From sequence record OR757436.1: a stretch of DNA of 64,000 nt, one strand, 5' to 3'. Positions 30,198 through 40,280 of the stretch are shown here, piece by piece. Origin of the DNA: Escherichia phage vB-EcoP-XT73. Position 1 is the first letter of the stretch. Each line of letters opens with the position of its first letter. Below the pieces are notes generated by a model. It saw only the letters and a program-made list of their open reading frames with translations. It did not search any database and had not been told where the DNA came from. The translations under genes were made by a program, and so were the position numbers.

Positions 30198-31166
30198 TCA
30201 CCAACTCCCTATCCTAATTCTCAGAGCACCACTTCCATCATAGAAGTCTATCCTGTTTCCATTCATCCATAATTGTGCCCCACCTGTGCCACCCATAACG
30301 AAATCACCTCCAACAGTAAACCTCCAGTTAGTACCTGACATTGTACCAGCAGTTATTTTATCAGCAGACAAACTTTGAATCTGAGCATTGGTGATTGATA
30401 CGTTGGTAATCTGCCCCCACTCAATAGTAGCAGTTGCAATTTGAGCAGAGGTGATAACTACGTTAGTGATATCAGCAAACTCCATAACAGCTCTACCGTT
30501 CTCAACCCTGAATGGGGTACTTCCTGACGTGCCATCAGATACCACAAACTTATCAGCTGTTACTTGGAACTGGCTTATAGTGCCATTGTTTGTTAGCTTT
30601 ACCCCTGCTGTCTTGCCGTTTACTGTGGAATTAACACCCCAAGTAGCCTCATACTCGGTGAGCTTCATATATTGAGATGCACTTCCTGTGCCATTAGTGA
30701 GATCAGATTGAATAAGAGCTATCTCTTGTCCTTGGTCGTTAACAATCCCTTCGACAGTTTGGATAGATGCTGTATTTCCTTCTATAGACGTTTTGATACC
30801 GGACACAGTTGAATCCAGCTTGACAGGAGGACTAACAGAATTATCCCAAATGTCATCAGTGGATAGATTACCCATTTGTGTTATGATATCTGCAATGGCA
30901 GTCTCAATCTCTGTAGTAACACGGTTCTCTAGTTCATCGAATTGTAAATTCATAGCATGAAGAGCTTTAATACGAACATCAATCTCCTCATGGATTTCAT
31001 CTATAGCTTGGAACATTTGATTAGTTGCAGTACTGATATTCTGGAGTTCATCATATATTGCAACGTTGTTAGTTTCTACACTCTCAGAGGTGTTTAGAAA
31101 ACCCACACTATAAGGTTGTGTTGTGTTGTTTCTTCCGGTATTCTTACGAAAGCCACCAGCACCCAT
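30198..31166 (-). CDS. virion structural protein (tail fibre-like)
   Basis: 322 aa; helical N-terminus then a T/S/G-rich region with repeated ITNV/ITSAQI segments. Confidence 0.4.
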   Translation of the reverse strand: MGAGGFRKNTGRNNTTQPYSVGFLNTSESVETNNVAIYDELQNISTATNQMFQAIDEIHEEIDVRIKALHAMNLQFDELENRVTTEIETAIADIITQMGNLSTDDIWDNSVSPPVKLDSTVSGIKTSIEGNTASIQTVEGIVNDQGQEIALIQSDLTNGTGSASQYMKLTEYEATWGVNSTVNGKTAGVKLTNNGTISQFQVTADKFVVSDGTSGSTPFRVENGRAVMEFADITNVVITSAQIATATIEWGQITNVSITNAQIQSLSADKITAGTMSGTNWRFTVGGDFVMGGTGGAQLWMNGNRIDFYDGSGALRIRIGSW

Positions 31167-31179
31167 ATAACCTCCTTCT

Positions 31180-31212
31180 TATAAACAAGAAAAGGGAGCA
31201 CGAAGCTCCCTT
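31180..31212 (-). terminator. rho-independent terminator (minus strand)
   Basis: Minus-strand gggagcttcgtgctccc followed by ttttcttgt, just downstream of the 985-aa gene. Confidence 0.5.
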
Positions 31213-31216
31213 AGTA

Positions 31217-34174
31217 TTATCTTCGCCCGCCAACAGCAAATTCAATAGTTAGGCCATTGATAGCTGCATTACTGTTAACATCATTATCTATAACATTATA
31301 GAATAGATACGGATGGTTCAGTCGGACACCTACATGTCTGTCCACACCAATCGTATAAGACTTTTCACTGTGAATATGTCTATCTTCCTGATCAGAATAC
31401 TGACTACCGCCAGCTTGGAATATATAGGTACCTGACCCTGTTACTTGTGGACGGAATCGGTTTATGTGCTTCTGATTCCATTCGTTAGTTACATTGTCAA
31501 AATCTATACCAGTTCTTTCCAGTTTCATCTCTAAAGGCTTCTTGACAACAATATCATTCAACCTATCGAATGAGTAGTCATAAGGACCTACATCCACTTG
31601 GTAAAAGCCTTTCATCCAAGAACCTACTACAGTGACTCTCTGACGGAAGTTAGTAGAATCCTTTCTCCACACAAGTTCACTGATTGAAGGGTCATCCCAA
31701 GTATACTCTTGGAAATCCACCCAAGTAGGACCTTTCTCTAGAGTTGGAGGATCAACTAAACCGATACAATGAGAGAATGGGATTGTACGGAAAGACCATG
31801 TATCAAACTCATAGTTCCATACAGCGGCTTTAGTACAAGCAAAACTCCCAGCAGGCTCTCCGGGTCCAACATAGAGAATCCACACTTCCTTCTTATCTTG
31901 ATGTAAGTGAACCTTAGTGGCTAAAGGGTTTACTAAACAGATTTCGTTGATAAGCATGTTCTTGACCCTGTTGGATGCAATAGATTTCTTAGTTGCACCA
32001 TTGTGTAGAATAACATCATTCTGAGTAACAACAAAGTGACTGCTCTCAACTTCAACCACACACTCAGGAGCTAAGATTCCAGAATCGTTGAAGAGCTTCT
32101 TGAACATTAGTGGTTGATATGTGTTGTTAGTTGGGGATCCGATGTAAGTCTCAAACTCTGTGTAGATAAATAAGTAATCCTTAAGAGGAAGAATCTCAAC
32201 TAAACTACCGTTTGAGTCAGCTAAATCTATATACCCAGCATATCCATTTTCCAGAGCCTCAGTCTGACCTACAACGTTTGCCGCTAAGTCTGAAGTCACA
32301 TATCTATCGTAAGCAAAATCATCCCATAAAGTAGGTGCCTTATTCTCATTAGCGTAATTAGACCAGCGAAGGCGAAGAGGATAGTGAGTGGTAACCCCTG
32401 ATGCATTAGACTCTCGCATATTAAGAGCAAATAGGCGATTATTAAATGCACGAATCCTTTCGCACTTCCAGTTATATTTTACAACAGATGGGTTTCCGTT
32501 AGCATCAACTATCGTCTGCTCCCCCCACCCCGGAAGATCTGTGAAGTACTCAGAGGCAAACTCTTTTACTTGAGGGGTTTCGTAGTGAGTGGTGAATACT
32601 GCGCAGTTAGAAATAATCGTATTGTACCAAGGATATTCCTCAAACGCTTCATAGTCTCTACGAGCTACCTGACTAGCAGTACAGGTTATCTTCACTTTGC
32701 CAGTCTTAATAGCAGTTAAGGTAAAGGAAGGCCCAGTAGTGGAAGTAGAGGATACATATCCCGGCTGATCTACCACCCAATTATAAAGATAGTCTCCTTC
32801 AGGGAATGCCGTTGCAGTTATTACTAATTCATCTCCAACATCAATTTCAGTATCCACAATGTCAAGAGTTAAAGTTTCAAGTTGAGCTGACCTTGACATA
32901 ACTGCATTTAAAGAATAGGCTTCGACTCCATCAACCATAGAATAGTCATAAAAAGGGTTGCCCTCTGACATAGCCGAAGTGTCGATACCTGAATCCGTAG
33001 AACTCGGTTCTTCAGGAGGAGCTGATGCAGCAGCAAAAAGGGTTCTACTTGACAGCTCAACTCTAACACTACAGGTAGCTGTCCTCTCACCTTCTTCCGT
33101 AGTTGCTGTTATAACTGTGAACCCAGCTGTGAGTCCAGAGATAGTACCTTGAAGACCTGTTCCAGAAACAGTAGCAATATTTGGATTAGAGGAGGTCCAA
33201 GTTATTTTCTGATTTGCAGCATTTGATGGGATTAAACTAGCATACAAGACATATGACGCCCCACGGTTAATTTGTAAATCTGTTTGACTCAAAGATATAC
33301 TGTCAATTTGATTAATAACACTAACAGAACATTCTGAGGTCTTAGACCCATTGCTTGCAGTTATTAGTGCATTACCTACTCCTTGAGCGGATAAAACTGC
33401 TGTAGTAGTATCACCGTTAGGAGCTACAGAAATAATGGCTGGGTTAGAAGAAGTCCATGTTAGAGGGGTCTTACTGGATGTTGCTGTAAGTGTGGTTGTT
33501 CCGCCTTTACGGAGTTGGACAGAGTCCCGGTTAAGGAAGATACCAGAATCAGAATCAACAACCCTTACGGAGATGCTGGCAGTCACAGAATCATCTTCAT
33601 TAGAGACAGTGACAGTAAAGCTGCCCTCATTAGATAAGACACTCAATGTAGCTTTCTTACTATCATCAGGATCAACTAGTATTGAACCATAAGAAGGATT
33701 ACTAACCTCCCACACAAGAGATGGTGTAGTAACACCCTCCGGAAGAAGAGATACCTCAAGAGTCTTGCTTTCATTAAAATTCATAATGACAGACGTTTCT
33801 TTAGGGATGATCTCCGTTAGTACAGGATTTATCTTAACATAAGACACAGCTTTTTTGGTGACTGTAGCCACTCTTAGACTAACATCAATCATAGATTCGT
33901 TGTTCAGTCTAAAAATACTCTTATCTGTACCTACCAGCAAGAAGCTATTGTTAGCGCTAAAGTAGTCAAAAGGCATTGAAGCGAATGATAATGGTTTTAT
34001 TTCTTTATCACTCTCAACGTAAGAAAGAGGGGCAGAGCCCCCCGTTTTAAACACACGCTGTTCTACAAACCGAGCATTGATTGCATTAGTGAATGCATTA
34101 GGAGCCAGATCTGTAGGAGATTGGTCGGCAATAACACCAACCGCACCCAAAGATTTTATTGGGTAGAGAGCCAT
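31217..34174 (-). CDS. large structural protein with Ig-like (BIG2-type) domains
   Basis: 985 aa with two repeats resembling bacterial Ig-like domains (…TWTSSNPAIISVAPNGD… and …ITWTSSNPNIATVSGTG…). Confidence 0.5.
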   Translation of the reverse strand: MALYPIKSLGAVGVIADQSPTDLAPNAFTNAINARFVEQRVFKTGGSAPLSYVESDKEIKPLSFASMPFDYFSANNSFLLVGTDKSIFRLNNESMIDVSLRVATVTKKAVSYVKINPVLTEIIPKETSVIMNFNESKTLEVSLLPEGVTTPSLVWEVSNPSYGSILVDPDDSKKATLSVLSNEGSFTVTVSNEDDSVTASISVRVVDSDSGIFLNRDSVQLRKGGTTTLTATSSKTPLTWTSSNPAIISVAPNGDTTTAVLSAQGVGNALITASNGSKTSECSVSVINQIDSISLSQTDLQINRGASYVLYASLIPSNAANQKITWTSSNPNIATVSGTGLQGTISGLTAGFTVITATTEEGERTATCSVRVELSSRTLFAAASAPPEEPSSTDSGIDTSAMSEGNPFYDYSMVDGVEAYSLNAVMSRSAQLETLTLDIVDTEIDVGDELVITATAFPEGDYLYNWVVDQPGYVSSTSTTGPSFTLTAIKTGKVKITCTASQVARRDYEAFEEYPWYNTIISNCAVFTTHYETPQVKEFASEYFTDLPGWGEQTIVDANGNPSVVKYNWKCERIRAFNNRLFALNMRESNASGVTTHYPLRLRWSNYANENKAPTLWDDFAYDRYVTSDLAANVVGQTEALENGYAGYIDLADSNGSLVEILPLKDYLFIYTEFETYIGSPTNNTYQPLMFKKLFNDSGILAPECVVEVESSHFVVTQNDVILHNGATKKSIASNRVKNMLINEICLVNPLATKVHLHQDKKEVWILYVGPGEPAGSFACTKAAVWNYEFDTWSFRTIPFSHCIGLVDPPTLEKGPTWVDFQEYTWDDPSISELVWRKDSTNFRQRVTVVGSWMKGFYQVDVGPYDYSFDRLNDIVVKKPLEMKLERTGIDFDNVTNEWNQKHINRFRPQVTGSGTYIFQAGGSQYSDQEDRHIHSEKSYTIGVDRHVGVRLNHPYLFYNVIDNDVNSNAAINGLTIEFAVGGRR

Positions 34175-34183
34175 ACTTCCTCC

Positions 34184-34987
34184 TTAACTAATACGTCTCC
34201 AGATATATGCTGCACGGAAAGGTGGTAGCGTATTTATAGGTTGACGAGATACGTCATCATAGCCAAATGTTGCATTGCCAGTGATAGAGTGGGTGTGGGT
34301 ATCAGAACTTGTTACAGCAGAATATCCACTACCTGGACTGTACCAGTTAGGTGAGCTATTATGACCACTTGCATCTCCACGTCCAAATGATGTAGTGTGT
34401 GAGTGTGTATAGTTAGAAAGAGAAAAACTTGAACCAGAGATTGTAGTCAATGGCAGGTTCTCTGTCTTAACTGTGTTGTAAACACGACCACCTGTAGCAC
34501 CAGCAGTAAACTCCACACGCTGAGCATTAGGGACTGTCCCATCAGGGTTCACAACCCCAGCACCCATGATAACACCAGTAACTGCTGTCCAGATACCAAA
34601 CCCTAAAGATGTAGAATCTCCAGGGTTAATATCTTCCTCAGTGATGTAATAAGACCCAACCCTGTAAATCTTATTCTGCATCCAGTTGAGCATAAAAGAT
34701 TCCATTTGAGCTTTGGTGGTAAAGTCGCTATTACCAGTACCTGCTGTACCGTTCTTAATCATCAGACCACCAACATCCATATAGTCACCAGCAAAAGAGA
34801 TCTTGTCAGAGATGGCGGCTAGTGTATCAGAATCTACTGTCATAGGCTCAGTTAAGTTGGGGAATGTGTTCTGTAATACTTGCTTAACTAGGCGCAGCTG
34901 GGCTGCACCTTCATAGATATAATCTCTATCACGAGGATAGAGAGGGTTTAAGTCGGTAACTACTACCGCATTAGTTTCAATAGCCAA
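34184..34987 (-). CDS. tail fibre / receptor-binding-like protein
   Basis: 267 aa, G/S/T-rich with His-x-His segments (YTHSHTTSFG, THTHSITG) as in fibre tip domains. Confidence 0.4.
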   Translation of the reverse strand: MAIETNAVVVTDLNPLYPRDRDYIYEGAAQLRLVKQVLQNTFPNLTEPMTVDSDTLAAISDKISFAGDYMDVGGLMIKNGTAGTGNSDFTTKAQMESFMLNWMQNKIYRVGSYYITEEDINPGDSTSLGFGIWTAVTGVIMGAGVVNPDGTVPNAQRVEFTAGATGGRVYNTVKTENLPLTTISGSSFSLSNYTHSHTTSFGRGDASGHNSSPNWYSPGSGYSAVTSSDTHTHSITGNATFGYDDVSRQPINTLPPFRAAYIWRRIS

Positions 34988-34999
34988 GAGGCACCTCCA

Positions 35000-35491
35000 T
35001 TAATATTTACCTTCGGTATAAAGATCAGCTTCTGCAACCCTTCTGTTATGAAGACCCTGACTTCTCTGCTTCACTCCCTTGACCGTTATCTTATCCCAAC
35101 GAAGAAATTCAGAATATACATCCCCTTTAACATCTCCATTGATAACCTTCCTTAACTTAGATGTGCTCAAAGCCCCACTACCAACATTAAAGTTGAAAGA
35201 GGTGAGTGCATCAAACTCATGAACTAGCAAAGGAACCTTTATGTTCTTCTGAGTAGCACGAACAGAGTCTTGTGTGTCTCTATCTAGCAGAGCTAGACAA
35301 TCCTCTATAGAATACGTTAATCCTTGTCTAACCGGATAACCATTCATATCGCGCGTAGCCCCTACACATATCGTCCAGATACCTGCGGAATCTTTATAAG
35401 CCTTAGTTCTCATACCCTCATGCTTCATGATAAATTCAATTCCAGCTGGGCTTAAGTTTAATTGTACAGGTGGCAATGCGGCGTTATCCAT
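35000..35491 (-). CDS. lysozyme (T4 e-like, GH24)
   Basis: HEGMRTKAYKDSAGIWTICVGATRD places the Glu, Asp and Thr catalytic residues at GH24 spacing. Confidence 0.8.
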   Translation of the reverse strand: MDNAALPPVQLNLSPAGIEFIMKHEGMRTKAYKDSAGIWTICVGATRDMNGYPVRQGLTYSIEDCLALLDRDTQDSVRATQKNIKVPLLVHEFDALTSFNFNVGSGALSTSKLRKVINGDVKGDVYSEFLRWDKITVKGVKQRSQGLHNRRVAEADLYTEGKY

Positions 35492-35520
35492 TTCTAACCT
35501 CCTTTTGTAGTCCCTTTAGA

Positions 35521-35739
35521 TTAAGGTAATATCTTTCTCAGAGCGTTAGATTCAGCATCAGGACAAATAACAACTAAGTTATTTTGAATTATTCTCTGCT
35601 TACATTGAGAACTAAGTTTCTCTACTGGAGCAGGGATATTTACTAATGGGTGAACTGCACCTACAGGAACTGCGGTCGACACCACAACACCTGCACCTAA
35701 ACACACCAAACCATATGCAGCTTGTTTCATCATTTTCAT
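35521..35739 (-). CDS. small membrane protein (holin candidate)
   Basis: 72 aa with one long hydrophobic segment (AAYGLVCLGAGVVVSTAVPVGAV); immediately precedes the lysozyme gene in the direction of transcription. Confidence 0.35.
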   Translation of the reverse strand: MKMMKQAAYGLVCLGAGVVVSTAVPVGAVHPLVNIPAPVEKLSSQCKQRIIQNNLVVICPDAESNALRKILP

Positions 35740-35854
35740 TTAAGTGTCTCCTATATATTAACCTCTTGAGATATATTAGTTTCATTACCCATCAAGAAAA
35801 GGTACTGCTAAAAATTCTTGATGGGCTGTTCTTATCACATATAGAGTATCAAGA

Positions 35855-38800
35855 TCATATCAATCCATAGATGATGTTGTGAAGAACACACCCCCCAACT
35901 GCGCCACCTATGTTGAAATTAATTTCAGCCTTACTGGACCCTGGAGGAACTGAATCAATAACAGCATAGAAACTGAACGAGTTGTTACTAGGTATGTAAT
36001 ATCCAATAGACTCAGAAACTGCATTACCTGCTGAATCTAGAAACCTAATAGATGCTAGTGTAGTGGTTGTATTCTTAGCCCAAAAACCAAACTGAAAGTA
36101 TCTTCCGGGATGACACTCACTCACTGATTGGGTGAAGTTTGCCGAGCTAGTCGTATCTGGGACACCAAAAGAGAATGATGTGTTAAACATAGGAGACGAA
36201 CTCGGAACATCATTGGGTTGAGAAACTGACACTACCCCTGATCCTGTTTGACTAAATGTCCAGTTAGATGTATTTAAGAATTGCCCGGAACCATTACTAA
36301 GACTATTAATGTAAGGGCTTACAATAGATCCAAGATCCCACCTACTTAAGACAAAACCAGCTCTAGGGTAACATCCGTTAGACACAACTCTCTTACTATC
36401 ACCGCCGATGAGTTGGCGAGTAGGGAAACCAGTGGCTAGAGTATTGTTGCCATACAGAGGTAGAGAGCAGTTTGTCAGAGAAACAAAACCATCCCCATTA
36501 CTTACTATAGGGACAGAACTAAAACCTACAGGGACCAAAATTGTCGAATCTTTTATGCTCAATCTCGAACTACCATTAACAGAAAAAGAAACAAAAGACT
36601 GATCCGGTTGATACTCAATGTTCCCATTAGAAAAAACAACTGTGGCGTTGTCTGTCATTATAATGGTTGGGTCAAAATATCCAGACTTTTTCCCAGCAGG
36701 AAGTGAACACGTATCAAAGATGAATTGTCCATTCTCAAAAGTAAAAGGTCCTCCGTTATCCACGCACCAGCAGTGATTGAACTTTATAACTTCTCCAGAG
36801 TTCGCTCTTGATTTAAAAACAACCGTGTCCGTAAAGCTTCTACTTATTGCACATTTGTCAAAAAGGATCCTATATGAATTATCAAGGAATTCAAGACCAG
36901 CTGTTGAGATAAAACCACAATTTTCTATCCGAACTTCCGACACCTCCCCACTATCAGTCCCTCCAATTACAACCTTTCTGGCACCTAGACCAACAAAGGA
37001 CACTCCTGATATCTTAGCTGTTGAAGAAATCGAATCTCTAAGCCCATAATCTGTGTTTGAATTTATAATCTTCAAGAAATATTGACCTGTTGCTCCAGCC
37101 CCTTCCTGAAGCTTACAATTATTATAGCCTATCAAGGCTCCTTTAGAAACGTCAATAGCTATCTCAGATAATACGGATCCAGAAGTTGGAACTATACAAT
37201 CGTAACCAGAGGAGTTCACTTTGTTGATATAAACAGCAATATCCCCGCTGCCAGTGTAGCCTGCATCAAACACAGAAGCTTCTCCAGAGAATAGCAACCT
37301 CTTCCATTTTACAGAAACTCCACTGAAAACCACCACCCCATCAGCTGTTTCTGAATTGTCTATTGCTACAAACACACCCCCTCCCATATTAGCCCCTTCG
37401 ACATAAGATCTTACAAAGACTTTGTCGCCTACAGAAGCTCCCTCTAAGGTCTGAAGTTGTTCAATAGAGGGGAGATCTCCAATAAGATTAAACCCTGTAG
37501 GCAGGCCTAGTTCTTGAGAGACCACATTAGATACCTGACCTAATGCCACTGCTTCGTCACTCTCAACGGCGTTTGGTATACGTATAGGTTGAGAAAAAGT
37601 TACCTTATTTGTCATCGAAGTAATATCTGAGTTAGCCCCACTCTTAGCCGCAACCAGTGCGAGCCTTGCCGTGTCCGGAGAAGAGGCTCCTGTACCACCT
37701 TTCGAAATAGGAACAATATTTTCTACAGAAACATCACCTAATCCTAAATTAGATCTAGCAATAGTAGTATTAATTGCTCCTGTACCACCTTTCGAAATAG
37801 GAACAATATTTTCTACAGAAACATCACCTAATCCTAAATTAGATCTAGCAATAGTAGTATTAATTGCTCCTGTACCACCTTTCGAAATAGGAACAATATT
37901 TTCTACAGAAACATCACCTAATCCTAAATTAGATCTAGCAATAGTAGTATTAATTGCTCCTGTACCACCTTTCGAAATAGGAACAATATTTTCTACAGAA
38001 ACATCACCTAATCCTAAATTAGATCTAGACCCCTCTGCCGTGGAAGAACCCGTACCTCCTTGGAGCAGAGAGAGAGGTGTGGTTAGGCCTGAGAGGGAGG
38101 TAATATCTGAGTTAGAGCCACTCTTAGCTGCACCGGTAATCTGCTCAACAGTATAGTCTCCGGCCTGCGGTGATACAACACCTGTCCGTGAGTTAAAACT
38201 GGAAACCACCTGTAAAGAAACTTCTCCTGTTTGAGCAACACCCCCATTAAGAGATACTGACCGAACAGAGGGGATTAGATTAGCAATGTCAACCATTGAG
38301 GTTCTATACAGCCCACCAGAGTCCTTATCTACGAAAAAACCATAATCATCCGACACAGGAATACCAACAGGAGTTTCCCCAATGTCTGAAATTGTACCAT
38401 CTGTTCCGTCACGACCCGGCTTCCCTTCTGGAATACCAAAAGAGAATACACCAGTTGTATTGTCATAGGAACCCGTTGCCAAACTACCTGGGGGTAGTAG
38501 CGTCGTCTGTACCGTCATATTAGAAATAATATCAAGCTGTTCTAGGACTTGCTGCGTTGCTTCTCTTGAAAGATCTGTAGCTGCATTTGTATTGTCAATA
38601 GCCTGTCCCGTAGACTGAATAAGACCTAGAAGAGTCTGATTCTGTGCTTCAAAGTCTTCTTTAAGTTGCTTAATGTCAGACTCTAGCAGGAACCCTTGAG
38701 CGTATAGACGTTCTACCTCAGCAAGAATCTCATCTACTGAAGAATATTTAGTCTGGGATAACAGCGCCCAATATTTAGCATCAGCTGCATACTCAGCCGC

Positions 38801-38890
38801 TGATTTATAAGCACCAATTGATCCTTCTGTAGCACCAAATTGGCCTACATTATTCACCGCTGTAGGTGCTGAATTGTTGTAACTGATCAT
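35855..38890 (-). CDS. tail fibre / tailspike protein with repeated fibre motif
   Basis: 1011 aa; four or more copies of SNLGLGDVSVENIVPISKGGTGAINTTIAR, and a Gly/Ser/Asn-rich C-terminal half. Confidence 0.7.
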   Translation of the reverse strand: MISYNNSAPTAVNNVGQFGATEGSIGAYKSAAEYAADAKYWALLSQTKYSSVDEILAEVERLYAQGFLLESDIKQLKEDFEAQNQTLLGLIQSTGQAIDNTNAATDLSREATQQVLEQLDIISNMTVQTTLLPPGSLATGSYDNTTGVFSFGIPEGKPGRDGTDGTISDIGETPVGIPVSDDYGFFVDKDSGGLYRTSMVDIANLIPSVRSVSLNGGVAQTGEVSLQVVSSFNSRTGVVSPQAGDYTVEQITGAAKSGSNSDITSLSGLTTPLSLLQGGTGSSTAEGSRSNLGLGDVSVENIVPISKGGTGAINTTIARSNLGLGDVSVENIVPISKGGTGAINTTIARSNLGLGDVSVENIVPISKGGTGAINTTIARSNLGLGDVSVENIVPISKGGTGASSPDTARLALVAAKSGANSDITSMTNKVTFSQPIRIPNAVESDEAVALGQVSNVVSQELGLPTGFNLIGDLPSIEQLQTLEGASVGDKVFVRSYVEGANMGGGVFVAIDNSETADGVVVFSGVSVKWKRLLFSGEASVFDAGYTGSGDIAVYINKVNSSGYDCIVPTSGSVLSEIAIDVSKGALIGYNNCKLQEGAGATGQYFLKIINSNTDYGLRDSISSTAKISGVSFVGLGARKVVIGGTDSGEVSEVRIENCGFISTAGLEFLDNSYRILFDKCAISRSFTDTVVFKSRANSGEVIKFNHCWCVDNGGPFTFENGQFIFDTCSLPAGKKSGYFDPTIIMTDNATVVFSNGNIEYQPDQSFVSFSVNGSSRLSIKDSTILVPVGFSSVPIVSNGDGFVSLTNCSLPLYGNNTLATGFPTRQLIGGDSKRVVSNGCYPRAGFVLSRWDLGSIVSPYINSLSNGSGQFLNTSNWTFSQTGSGVVSVSQPNDVPSSSPMFNTSFSFGVPDTTSSANFTQSVSECHPGRYFQFGFWAKNTTTTLASIRFLDSAGNAVSESIGYYIPSNNSFSFYAVIDSVPPGSSKAEINFNIGGAVGGCVLHNIIYGLI
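37686..38030. repeat. tandem array of identical 90-bp repeats (about 3.8 copies) inside the tail fibre gene
   Basis: gctcctgtaccacctttcgaaataggaacaatattttctacagaaacatcacctaatcctaaattagatctagcaatagtagtattaatt recurs at about 37686, 37776 and 37866 with no mismatches seen, plus a partial fourth copy. Confidence 0.85.
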
Positions 38891-38899
38891 ATTATCTCC

Positions 38900-39652
38900 T
38901 TATACACGAGAAGTACGAATACCATAAATATCAGGCAAGCTGCTCTGAAGCCGAGTCATGTTATTCGGAATTGCGATAGGTGAACCTGAGTACTCTTGTT
39001 TCTTATTCTGCTCTACCATTTCATCAAGGATAGCTTTTCCTAATGCTGACCATTTCTGAACTCCGTTGTCATCTTGAACAAACAAGCAAGCATGACGTAG
39101 AGTAAAGTACAGAAGAAGTTCTGGTGCGATAGTAAGAATAGCACTAGTGTCTGTGTCTTCATGGAATTCCGGTGGGTCTGCATAATAACTAAGAATTACT
39201 GAGTTTTCTGCTGGAATCAAAGGACTTCCATCATCAGGGTAATACGGAGTGTCTGCTTCGATGCTAGGATAGAAAATGAAACGACTACCGAAACGAGCAA
39301 AGTTAACAGGTTGATTGTTCCAATGAGATGGGTTAATTGTTCCATGCTGTCTACGATAGCTAATCTCTTCAGGAGATGTTACTTGGAAGATTGTACCATC
39401 TTTGGCTCTCATCATCCATTGAGCTTCTAAGTAATCAGGAGGAATGTAAGCTACTCCATCTTTAATATCTAAATACACTTCTTTTTCCAGAGGAGGGATA
39501 CGTAAATTACGATAAATCTCTTTCTCTGCAAAGTTAATAAAGTTTGGAATTTGATTAACAAATTCGTCATCGTCCCTATCTGCCCAGAGGGCCACGGCCT
39601 TCTTTAGCCACCCATAGGTATTGATGGGGTATTGAACATCTGGCATTGCCAT
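38900..39652 (-). CDS. virion protein (head-tail adaptor candidate)
   Basis: 250 aa, between capsid genes and tail fibre. Confidence 0.35.
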   Translation of the reverse strand: MAMPDVQYPINTYGWLKKAVALWADRDDDEFVNQIPNFINFAEKEIYRNLRIPPLEKEVYLDIKDGVAYIPPDYLEAQWMMRAKDGTIFQVTSPEEISYRRQHGTINPSHWNNQPVNFARFGSRFIFYPSIEADTPYYPDDGSPLIPAENSVILSYYADPPEFHEDTDTSAILTIAPELLLYFTLRHACLFVQDDNGVQKWSALGKAILDEMVEQNKKQEYSGSPIAIPNNMTRLQSSLPDIYGIRTSRV

Positions 39653-39685
39653 AGGTTGTCCTCCTTGTTATATGTAGACAAAGAA

Positions 39686-39694
39686 TATACATTA
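39686..39694 (-). promoter_or_regulatory. TAATGTATA promoter-like motif (minus strand)
   Basis: Plus-strand tatacatta about 35 bp upstream of the minus-strand start at 39652. Confidence 0.45.
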
Positions 39695-39753
39695 CACACT
39701 AGCTTGTATAGGTCTTAAAACGAAAAAACCCCGCCCGAAGGCAGGGTCTAATT

Positions 39754-40197
39754 TTAAGCAGCAGGTGTTACACCTGTGAATTCACAAGTGGCTGTTACAA
39801 GAGGTTTAGTCTCGTGTGTAGCTGTAACAGAGACTGCACCCGTAGCAGTATCAGCAAGAGTCAAAAGACCAGCTGCACTAACAGTGCCCGCTTCCGGAGG
39901 AGTTACCTCAAAAGTATAGTCACTTCCGGTAGAGTTTGTTGCTGTAAACATAGTAGAGAATGCGGTTGTTGATCCACCCACCTTCCCTGAAATCGGACCT
40001 CGGCTAACAAGGGTAGGTTCAGGGTCAGCAATAGCTGAGATCGTAGATGTACCGGATTTACCACCTTTAGTAGCTTTCACTGTAATCGGGGTTTCTTGCG
40101 ACGCACTCGGTGCAGTATACAGTCCAGAAACAGAAATAGCCCCACCACCCTCAACGGACCAAACAAATCCAGTTGTTGATGTGGAGCTATCACTCAT
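39754..40197 (-). CDS. capsid-associated protein with Ig-like fold (decoration candidate)
   Basis: 147 aa, T/S/G/A-rich beta-type sequence directly downstream of the major capsid gene; a hairpin with a T tract follows on the minus strand. Confidence 0.35.
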   Translation of the reverse strand: MSDSSTSTTGFVWSVEGGGAISVSGLYTAPSASQETPITVKATKGGKSGTSTISAIADPEPTLVSRGPISGKVGGSTTAFSTMFTATNSTGSDYTFEVTPPEAGTVSAAGLLTLADTATGAVSVTATHETKPLVTATCEFTGVTPAA

Positions 40198-40280
40198 TTG
40201 TGCTGTAGCTGTAAACTGCTGAGTAGCCCCCGTCGGAAGGCTTGCAACCGACGAAGGACTAACAGTTATGGTATCTACTG

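Noticed and set aside
37686-38030. CRISPR array suggested by identical direct repeats
   Set aside because: The repeats are contiguous 90-bp units with no spacers and lie in frame within a tail fibre gene; they are coding tandem repeats.
37671-38156. Plus-strand ORF of 161 aa with repeated peptide
   Set aside because: It is the antisense read-through of the tail fibre repeat array; the repeat periodicity creates an open frame on the opposite strand.
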